Shown one piece after another: positions 38,701-47,066 of a stretch of DNA of 64,000 nucleotides (the stretch's first letter is position 1; each line of letters opens with the position of its first letter). A program made the position numbers and the translations under genes. The notes beneath the pieces were generated by a model. It saw only the letters and a list, made by a program, of their open reading frames with translations, was not told the DNA's origin and did no database searches. Source of the stretch: Gemmatimonadota bacterium (lineage in GTDB: Bacteria; Latescibacterota; UBA2968). The stretch lies in contig JAPPAB010000106.1 of assembly GCA_026705765.1 (NCBI GenBank), forward strand, positions 624 through 64,623. The letters run 5' to 3'.

Positions 38701-40816
38701 GCGTCCTGATGTCGGCCTCGTCTGGAAATTTGATGTTCGTTTCACGAACTACGGAAAGGCGCAGCTCTATAGCGTCTATTGCCCCTTGCGTCACAAGATG
38801 ACGTTCAAGCCACAGTGATTCATTACCACTGGCGATATCGCGCAAGGCGTTGCTCATCCACGAATATGGCGATATTGATAACTGACGCCTCAAATCGCTG
38901 AAAGCGGTAAGAGAATCGTGAATTTTTCTTACGCTTTCAGCATCGATATCCGATAGCGCATCTGCATCTTGTTCGTTGCCCTCAGTGGACGATAGTTCAT
39001 GTTCGCGGTGCGCTCGTCTCTCTGAATCAACAAGCTCGGCAAACTGCGCGGCAGACGATAGTTCGTCAGGCCATACAAGATCCAACTCTTGCCGTTTTTC
39101 CAAGCTGAAGTGACGCAACTTCCTCAATAGGTCTCGCAATTTATCTGCGGTGATCGGACATGTCTTGTACAAAGGGACGGTGTCGGTGAACCAGCTATAG
39201 ACGCTGCGATCCTGATTGACTGACTTAGCTATACGCGCTGCGGTACCTCGGTAGGTCCCTTCTGCAACGGATTGAGAATGCGTTTCGGATTCTCTGATGT
39301 CGCGTAGGCGTCTATCGACTTTGGCTTTCTCTTTTCGCAACTCTTGTAGCTTGTTTTCGAGCGTCTTGATTTCGCTTTTTGCCCGGTCCTCGTTCCAATC
39401 TTCGCTCTTGCGAAGAATTCCGCTGACGCTCAATTCGAGAGATTTCCCTTCTTCCGGTCCCGAACCCAGTAGATTGATGTATAGCGGATGTAACTCTTCT
39501 GGCACAAGTCCGTCGAGAACCTGGAGCGCCCGCGGTGTCTTGGCGGTGATAAGCGTTCTCTGCCCTGTCGCGAGCAAGTGGCAGATGAGATTCGCAATCG
39601 TGTGGGATTTTCCAGTGCCCGGCGGTCCCTGTACGAGGACGCCACTGGTAGTTCGTATCTTATCTACGATGCGACGTTGTTCTTCATTCCAGGGTTTTGG
39701 AAAGAACAATTCACCATCGAAACTACTGTTCGTTTCGCCGGGGTCCTGCTCTGAAACATCACTATCACTGTTCGTCTGAATCTCAGCAAGGTCCTTAAAT
39801 TGAGAAGGAAAATCCTCTCCATCCTCTATTTTTCCCTTAATTCGCTTCAATGTCTCGGTGAGGCCCCTTACGGATCGTTTTCTCAATATAAGAGCCGGTG
39901 CATATTCAACGACTGGTTTGTCCAATGTCAGGTTATTTGTCGCTTGCAGCGTGCTATTGTATTCGCCTTGAGAACTGATTGAATGGACGAGGGCCTGAAG
40001 AACACCTTCGACGCAGCTTCTGTTCCAGGGATCATCGTCCGCAGCCTCAGATAGCGAAGCCTTTGCGTTTTCTTCGGCGCGTTCGGGTTGTTCCTCAATG
40101 TCCAACATATCCAGTTCAGGTCGAACGTTTGCGCCATCCGGCAGTGGCCGTACAGTGAACTTGCCTAATTTCGCTTCAAATTCGAGAGCGGCGTTTGCGA
40201 CAATCAGGTGACGGCGGACTCGCTGACCGTTCGGCGTTTGCCAGATAAGCAGACCGAGCGCGAGGACAAGTTCGTACTCCTCACTAAGCCGAAGTTGCTC
40301 CTGATGGATAACAAAGAGCGTTGTGTAAACGCTATGTATGCTTTCCCAGTCGTTATGCTCTTCCATCCATGGCAGCCAATGTTCTTCGACGTATTTATCC
40401 CAAGCCTCCTGAACATCGGGATAATCTTCAAGGCGTTCGATATAAAAAATAAATTCAGGCTGATCGGTCCCCTCCTGCCAATCGAGATTTTTTACCTGCT
40501 TCGTTATTTCAGGCAGGAGATCGGGAATATCGTTTTTGTCTCGAAGGGACTCGTCTTCAACCCAGTCTTCGCAGATAGAAGGAACGCCAGGCAACAGCGG
40601 TTCCTTCTGGTTCTGGATTTCTATCCACACGTCAGAATCGAAATCTTCGTCACGTCCCCACGCCTGTGTGAAACACCCTTTAAGCTTTGGAATATCCTTT
40701 AACCAAAGCACATTTTGATACTCGTCAACGTCCCTTGTGGTCCTGGTACGCAGCACTGCAAGCCGGGTCAGATATTCGACAAGGCGCATAACTTTGTCTT
40801 TGTAGTTATTTTCCAA
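35723..40816 (-). CDS. 1697-aa multidomain protein: DUF4011-like N-terminal region, SF1 Upf1/DNA2-like helicase (AAA_11/AAA_12) and C-terminal Vsr/DUF559 PD-(D/E)xK endonuclease domain
   Basis: Walker A [18 protein letters not shown]. Walker B VIIDEASQ. Motif-VI-like [13 protein letters not shown]. C-terminal [47 protein letters not shown] is the DUF559/Vsr-like nuclease fold. Long coiled-coil linker regions. Confidence 0.8.
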   Translation of the reverse strand: [1697 protein letters not shown]

Positions 40817-40837
40817 GGGGAGCCTTCTCTGATTACG

Positions 40838-41809
40838 TCAATCCTTCCAAACCATCACCACGGCCATTGCTTCATCAAGGCGCGTGTACAACAAATCAAA
40901 TGCGTCTGCGGCATCCTCATAATCAAAACGATGCGTTATCATTGCCTCCGTTTGAATTTTGTCTTCCATCAACAACTGGATCGCCATATCCGACCCCTGT
41001 GGCCGGTACGCGCTATTCAGATATCCCCCAATCAGGCGTTTGCCCTGAATTTTTGACGAATCCAGAGGCAGTGGCTCGCCCTCATACAATCCCACAACCT
41101 GCAATAATCCACCTCCCCGCACCATATCTTGCGCCTGTGCAAACGCCTGCGCGCCCGCGCGTCCCCCCACAGCTTCAACCACAACATCTGCACCCCGACC
41201 ATCAGTAAGCTCTTTCACCGCTGCAATCGGATCGGTCTCGCCCGCATTCACCACAGCACTCGCACCCAACTGTTCGGCCAAATCACAACGCAGGGACAAC
41301 GCATCGACCGCGATCACCCGGCAATCGTGCAAATGTCGTGCAACCTGCATACAGCAACTTCCCACCAGACCTTGCCCTAAAATCGCCATGGTATCTTTCG
41401 GACCAGCTCCAGTTTCCCGCATCCACAGCACCGAACTCGTAGCCAGAGGCCAAAAAGTTGCCGCCTCGGATGTAACCGCATCGGGTAGTGATACCACTGC
41501 TGGTTTATGGCGCGAATTGACAACCTCAACAGCCACGTACTCGGCATGCGGCGCCAGAGCCGCCACCCGTTCCCCCATCGAAAAATCATCGACCTGCGCG
41601 CCCACCTGCACAATCGTCCCAGCGAGCGAATATCCCATCATCTGGTGATCAATCGCTTCTTCTCGCACATACCGCCGCCAGATCTCAGATCCCCTGCTAA
41701 TCAGCGTGCGTTCTGTTCTGATAAGCACCTCTGTCTGTCGAATCTCTGGCAACGGCACATCTTCAACCTCGACATGGTACGCGCCTTCGGGTTTAATCAC
41801 GCGCTTCAT
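40838..41809 (-). CDS. MDR-superfamily zinc-type alcohol dehydrogenase-like oxidoreductase
   Basis: Start taken at MKRVIKPEG (GGGAGGTG Shine-Dalgarno). ILGQGLVGSCC Rossmann motif. GroES-like N-terminal domain. Confidence 0.7.
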   Translation of the reverse strand: MKRVIKPEGAYHVEVEDVPLPEIRQTEVLIRTERTLISRGSEIWRRYVREEAIDHQMMGYSLAGTIVQVGAQVDDFSMGERVAALAPHAEYVAVEVVNSRHKPAVVSLPDAVTSEAATFWPLATSSVLWMRETGAGPKDTMAILGQGLVGSCCMQVARHLHDCRVIAVDALSLRCDLAEQLGASAVVNAGETDPIAAVKELTDGRGADVVVEAVGGRAGAQAFAQAQDMVRGGGLLQVVGLYEGEPLPLDSSKIQGKRLIGGYLNSAYRPQGSDMAIQLLMEDKIQTEAMITHRFDYEDAADAFDLLYTRLDEAMAVVMVWKD

Positions 41810-41846
41810 GGAACACCTCCCGATGGTAGTGGTTTGTAGCAATCCA

Positions 41847-43766
41847 TCAGTCTCCATCCCCCATCATCACCCAATCGTACATCTCCCCAGCCCGTTCGAC
41901 AGCGAGATCTACATCTTCGCGCAACATCAACCGCTCCCCCACCAGTTCCCGAGCGGCTCGCGCCACACAATCCAGATACGCTTCTCGACTACCATAGCGT
42001 TGAGCAATCGATAATCGCGAATCACCCTCGCGCGCATCCTCATCGCGCGCAAATGGCACCCACATCCCATCCAGGCCAACAAGCGCATCGGTCGCGCCGC
42101 GTTGTCGATACCGCCATCCCGTAAACGTACCCAGGGGTGCGACCACCTCGGGCATGCGAATACCCGCGACCTCATTGCCATCTCGATCAACCTGGGGCAC
42201 GCGCACCCCAAAAGGACGCCCTTTTTCAGGCGGCTCGATATCGATAATACCCGCATCCCACCTATCTCCCCAATTCAACCGCAAAGGTCTCCGCATGCGT
42301 CTGGGACTTGGCAAGTCGGGAATAGTGGGAAATTTCAAATCGTCTGCATCTACCAGAGAACCATCCGCAATGCGGCCATATCTGCTCTCGGGAGGATCAA
42401 CGCCCTCGCGCACCCAGCGGTCTAACGCAACGAGAAGGGCGCGCTCTGCATAGCGAAAATTCACGGGATTTGGGGGCACTGCTCGCCCCGGCTTTTTGGG
42501 CACATCGCCCGGACCGTGTTTTGTACTTGCAAAATGATAAACGCGAACCGAAGGATGAACCTCCACATCCTCTTGTCCGTTCACATCTGTGTGATTCAAA
42601 GACGCACCGCGATTCCAGTATTCGGTTGAAGTATTGGTATAAAAAATGCGAGGTGTCACCCCTGCGGCGTCACAGCGATCCAACAAACCGCTCTCTTCTC
42701 GCGTTTCCGTATCTATCTGCGGCAAATCCGTAAACGGAAACTGCTCCGTGGGATACAACGCATCAAAATGCGCGCTGGCATGCCGCGAAGGCTGTGCAAA
42801 CCGATGATTAAACGATCCCCGTGCGCCGCCCGCAACATTGGCAAATACCCCATCGAAAACCTTTCGGCCAGCCTCATCCCCATTAAAACCCTCATACAAC
42901 ATGTGTCGCAAGAAACGCCCACTTTGCGACGACCCAAAAGCATACGCCCGCTCAATCGCATTGCCCAGCGGATTGCCATCCATCCCGTACTTCAAAAACG
43001 ACACAAAATCCCGGGTTGCGGCAAAACCCGTTCCCATCACAGTTGGATTTTTGCCCGTATAAACCAGATTGTAAATGCGCCCCGGTTCAAATCCCTGCGG
43101 AAATCGGATCGCGGCACGCCCGTCTTCCAGCCGATCAAACGACCATTGATCGCGCCCAATTTCCTCGGCTTCATCATACGGATACGCCCGCACAGTGAGC
43201 ACCGCATCGCCATCTTCTACGGGTTCATAGGGATCGTGATAGCGACTCCCCAAAGAATGCAAATCCGTCTCTGCATCCACCACAACCTCACACGACACAG
43301 GACCCGTAACATCAACCACTGGCGCGTCCAAGGTCATCAAATTGGTAGCGCCTTCTGCTTCAGGCGGCACATCGGCCTGCCAACCACACGCGGCAATCGT
43401 ATAACCCTGTTGCATCAAAAAGCCATCGCCAAAATGTGCGGCAGTATCCGGCATATTCGATCCCGTTGACAGATTAAACATCGGCAAAATATTTTTGCGC
43501 CCCCGATTGACCACATTGTAAAACACAGTACTGTTGCCCCGGGCGACATCAACCGGCTTGAGCAAATGCACATCGGCTCGAAAAATCACCCGCCCGCTCT
43601 CGTCAACAGGCGCGAGATTTAAATCGATAATCGCCTCGTTTTGTTTGTGAGTGGGATCAAGCGCGAACCACGCACTGCCACACAGCGTTTCATAAGCGCC
43701 CACGGCACCGTACAATTTGCCATCAAGCACAGTTTCCCGAGCAGTAATTTCCAATTGCGTGAGCAT
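41847..43766 (-). CDS. Hypothetical 639-aa protein (possible alpha/beta-hydrolase-like)
   Basis: ORF with no diagnostic motif I can name confidently. Conserved-looking blocks VFYNVVNRGRKN and GWQADVPPE. Confidence 0.45.
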   Translation of the reverse strand: MLTQLEITARETVLDGKLYGAVGAYETLCGSAWFALDPTHKQNEAIIDLNLAPVDESGRVIFRADVHLLKPVDVARGNSTVFYNVVNRGRKNILPMFNLSTGSNMPDTAAHFGDGFLMQQGYTIAACGWQADVPPEAEGATNLMTLDAPVVDVTGPVSCEVVVDAETDLHSLGSRYHDPYEPVEDGDAVLTVRAYPYDEAEEIGRDQWSFDRLEDGRAAIRFPQGFEPGRIYNLVYTGKNPTVMGTGFAATRDFVSFLKYGMDGNPLGNAIERAYAFGSSQSGRFLRHMLYEGFNGDEAGRKVFDGVFANVAGGARGSFNHRFAQPSRHASAHFDALYPTEQFPFTDLPQIDTETREESGLLDRCDAAGVTPRIFYTNTSTEYWNRGASLNHTDVNGQEDVEVHPSVRVYHFASTKHGPGDVPKKPGRAVPPNPVNFRYAERALLVALDRWVREGVDPPESRYGRIADGSLVDADDLKFPTIPDLPSPRRMRRPLRLNWGDRWDAGIIDIEPPEKGRPFGVRVPQVDRDGNEVAGIRMPEVVAPLGTFTGWRYRQRGATDALVGLDGMWVPFARDEDAREGDSRLSIAQRYGSREAYLDCVARAARELVGERLMLREDVDLAVERAGEMYDWVMMGDGD

Positions 43767-43820
43767 TGACTCGCTCCAATTCTCAATAATTCTCTACCCG
43801 TTCCGATAAAAACCTACAAC

Positions 43821-44756
43821 CTAAAGCGCGGTGAGATCAAAGGGATTGGACCACGCCTTGTCGCCATTTGGTGCAATAATCTCAAAACGCACGTGTTTTG
43901 AACCGGGCCGCAGCGTAAATGTGGCGGTCTCAAACAGCTTACCACCCTCATGGTATTCGGTCCCCCTCGAATCTAATACCGCGGCAATGCGCTGTGCAGG
44001 TGAACATTTTACCGTGGCTTCAACCGCGCGGCCTTCCCCACCATGCAACTGAATATCAAAAATTTGTGGACCCGTTGACGCATAACCCGCGCCGGATTCC
44101 AGGGCTTCAACAATGGCTTCTGGCGACCGCTCCTTCACGCGCACCATTGTCCAGCCCTGATACGTATCGCGCGCTTCTGAATCAGCCGCGTGGGAATCGT
44201 CATTGCCCAGTGCCGGGAGCAATTGTCCGGACAAATCCATCCAATCGTCCCAGTGCACAGAAGACTCACCGCGTCCGGCGCACCGACAGGTCGTATTAAA
44301 AACCTCTATACCCGCCAAACCCGTCAACGGCATTGTATCGCGCAAAATATTGATCCCGCTCCAGTGCGGATGTGCGAGCCAGATTGAGCCACCCTGTTTT
44401 TTAACTTCATCAATCACATGTTGCGGGGGCATCGCCCGGGCATCCATATCCTCTGAAATATTGAGTGCCACAAAATGGTGGCGGTCCCCACCAAAGGGAT
44501 TATCGGGATGCAATTCAGCACCCTGGATAAGCGTAAAGTTTTCAGGACAGGTCAGTGTTTCGACAAATGTGATATTATTGTGATCGGATACACACAAATA
44601 ATCATAGCCCTGATTGACATACCCATCCACGCGTTCTTGTGGTGAGACCCGCCCATCCGAATTTGTCGAATGGCTGTGCAAATTGCCCTTCAGCCACATA
44701 TAACCATCGCCATCAGATAAAACAAACGGATTTACCAACCCTTTTTCTTCGGACAT
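43821..44756 (-). CDS. PHP-domain metal-dependent phosphoesterase (CehA/McbA-like)
   Basis: WLKGNLHSHSTNSDG and VSDHNNI motifs of the PHP fold. 311 aa. Confidence 0.7.
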   Translation of the reverse strand: MSEEKGLVNPFVLSDGDGYMWLKGNLHSHSTNSDGRVSPQERVDGYVNQGYDYLCVSDHNNITFVETLTCPENFTLIQGAELHPDNPFGGDRHHFVALNISEDMDARAMPPQHVIDEVKKQGGSIWLAHPHWSGINILRDTMPLTGLAGIEVFNTTCRCAGRGESSVHWDDWMDLSGQLLPALGNDDSHAADSEARDTYQGWTMVRVKERSPEAIVEALESGAGYASTGPQIFDIQLHGGEGRAVEATVKCSPAQRIAAVLDSRGTEYHEGGKLFETATFTLRPGSKHVRFEIIAPNGDKAWSNPFDLTAL

Positions 44757-44825
44757 AACAAACTCCTTTGAAAAGCGCGAATCAACGACGTAGTTTTTAG
44801 CAACTTTGGGTGGTTGGGCGGGGTT

Positions 44826-44860
44826 CGTCTATTCGTCTATTCGTCTATTCGTCTATTCGT
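44826..44860. repeat. Tandem 8-bp repeat (CGTCTATT x4) overlapping the 3-prime end of the amidohydrolase CDS
   Basis: ttcgtctattcgtctattcgtctattcgtctattcgtcc read directly. Confidence 0.6.
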
Positions 44861-45982
44861 CCACCAGACCTTCCCCGCCCGAACAGACGCACGACAAACC
44901 AACCGTTGCTCGCCCATCAACACCTGCTGCATTGCATCGGTCAACTCAAATTTACCCTTTTCCAACTCAAATACAGCGACATCGCCCGCAGCACCAACCC
45001 CCAGGTGTCCGAGATCATTCTCTCGATCAATCACCTGTGCAGGTTCAATGGTTGAGCGTTGAATCACTTCCTCGAGCGACATGCCCAAATTCAGAAACTT
45101 GGACATCGTCGTCGGCAAGTCGTAAACAGGACCATCGATATTGTACGAATGGATATCGCTGCTGATGGTATCGGGTGGAAAACCATCTTCCATAGCTGCG
45201 CGCCCCACGTCGTAACTAAAACTGCCCAACCCGTGTCCGATGTCAAAAATTACCCCGCGGTCTCGCGCATCCCACGCCTCAGAAATCACCTTTCCCCGGT
45301 TGTCGATAATCGACGCGGGTTGTGTACCGTGAAAACAATGGGTCACAATATCGCCCGGGCGCAGAGGCTGGAGCAGGTCGCGCAAAAGCACATCGGCATT
45401 GCTGATATGAACCATCAGGGGTTTTTCGCACCGATTGGCGGCTTCCAGGGCAATTTGCAACAAATCGCGCACATCCGCATCACCACCCACGCCTTTGTAC
45501 AAACGCACCTTAACGCCCAGGGCTGTTTTCGGGTGATTCAAAACCGTCTGCGCGCACTCACTGGCCGACACATAGCCTTCATACACCATCTCGCCGCGCC
45601 GCCAGGGCAAGCCGACACCCGATAGATTGACATAGGCCAAAATGCGCGTTGAAGACGGTTCCATTACATAGCGCTCCAATCCGCGATAATTAATCCAACC
45701 CGCCGTCCCCGTATCAACGCTCGTTGTCACGCCTGTGCGCGGACACAGGTCATCGGCCTCTATCCCAAAACTCGACACATCTTTGTACACATGGGTATGC
45801 AAATCAATCAGCCCCGGCATCACGAGACATCCGCTTGCATCAATTACTGAATCGGCCGCCCCCAAATCGCACCCAATAGCAGCTACTACGCCATCCTTCA
45901 AAGCCACATCCAACGCGTCATGCACGCCATTAGCCGGGTCTATCACCGTACCACCTGTTATCAACACATCGTATTGTTCAGC
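44837..45982 (-). CDS. Amidohydrolase-superfamily enzyme (dihydroorotase/deacetylase-like)
   Basis: Start at MAEQYDVLITGGTVIDP. LIDLHTHVY metal-binding HxH. Confidence 0.75.
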   Translation of the reverse strand, partial: AEQYDVLITGGTVIDPANGVHDALDVALKDGVVAAIGCDLGAADSVIDASGCLVMPGLIDLHTHVYKDVSSFGIEADDLCPRTGVTTSVDTGTAGWINYRGLERYVMEPSSTRILAYVNLSGVGLPWRRGEMVYEGYVSASECAQTVLNHPKTALGVKVRLYKGVGGDADVRDLLQIALEAANRCEKPLMVHISNADVLLRDLLQPLRPGDIVTHCFHGTQPASIIDNRGKVISEAWDARDRGVIFDIGHGLGSFSYDVGRAAMEDGFPPDTISSDIHSYNIDGPVYDLPTTMSKFLNLGMSLEEVIQRSTIEPAQVIDRENDLGHLGVGAAGDVAVFELEKGKFELTDAMQQVLMGEQRLVCRASVRAGKVWWTNRRIDE

Positions 45983-45993
45983 CATATCTATCC

Positions 45994-46992
45994 TCACGAT
46001 CGCTCCGCAATATAGGTTTCCGCATCGATTTTTCCCTCGGCAATCAATTCGCGGAACAGTGCCACAGTTTCCGCCACGCCTTCTGTCAGCGGCTTGTGCG
46101 CCACTTTGCCAATCGCAGCCTCTAACCCACTGCCATCGACTTCCTGGGGAAATGGCAACTGGATATCTTCAAACGTGACCTTATCCGCCGCCTCGGGTGC
46201 TGCCCGATCAATCGCATCCTTCACATCCTGCATATCGGGTGCAAATCCACCCAAATTAAACGCTCCGGCACCCGCGTAATCGGCTCGTGCAGCCTGAATA
46301 AACGCGCACGCCGTATCATCGGCATATTGAAAAACCGTGCGCCCGCCATAAGAAATGTGATAGGGCAAATTCGCCGCTGCTGCGAGCATAGCGGTCGTAG
46401 GCGTAGAAGTAATTCCCTGATCGCGCCCCACCCCATAGACTACATAGGGCCGAAAACCGATAGAAGACACACCCTCGTCGAGCCAATACACATGTGCGGT
46501 ACCCTCATTCGCCTGTTTGTACACGCCGTAATGCGTATGGGGCATCAGTGCGGAATCATCTCGCATCACAGCGCCCGGCTCGTAATCCTCAGGCGCGCCA
46601 AAAACCGCGACAGAACTCGCATAGACCACTTTGTCAATACGCTCCTGCCGGCGTTTCACAGCTTCAAAAACATTTGCAGTACCCACCACATTGACGCGCG
46701 CACCGAGCGGTGGATCGGCTTTGCAAAACGGCACTTGAAGCCCTGCCAGATGAATGACATGCGTAATCTCATTATCATCCAGCGCCTGTTCAAAATCGGG
46801 CAAATCCGCAATATCGCCCGCGACAAAGTTCACCTGAGCCAATTCGCCATCTGACAGCAACAATTGCAACCGCCGAGGCTCTGTCGCCAGATCGAATACC
46901 GTAACCGGCACCCCTTCGCGCACCAGATTGTACACAGTCCACGCGCCAATACACCCCAATGCACCCGTAACTAAAAAACGCTCGTCAGCCAT
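45994..46992 (-). CDS. NAD-dependent epimerase/dehydratase (SDR)
   Basis: FLVTGALGCIGAWTVYNL Rossmann motif. 332 aa. Confidence 0.75.
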   Translation of the reverse strand: MADERFLVTGALGCIGAWTVYNLVREGVPVTVFDLATEPRRLQLLLSDGELAQVNFVAGDIADLPDFEQALDDNEITHVIHLAGLQVPFCKADPPLGARVNVVGTANVFEAVKRRQERIDKVVYASSVAVFGAPEDYEPGAVMRDDSALMPHTHYGVYKQANEGTAHVYWLDEGVSSIGFRPYVVYGVGRDQGITSTPTTAMLAAAANLPYHISYGGRTVFQYADDTACAFIQAARADYAGAGAFNLGGFAPDMQDVKDAIDRAAPEAADKVTFEDIQLPFPQEVDGSGLEAAIGKVAHKPLTEGVAETVALFRELIAEGKIDAETYIAERS

Positions 46993-47066
46993 AATTCCCT
47001 CTAAAAAAATCCGTTGGCATACACAATCACCAACGGATTTTCGCTATGAAAATAAACCCTCTGCGA

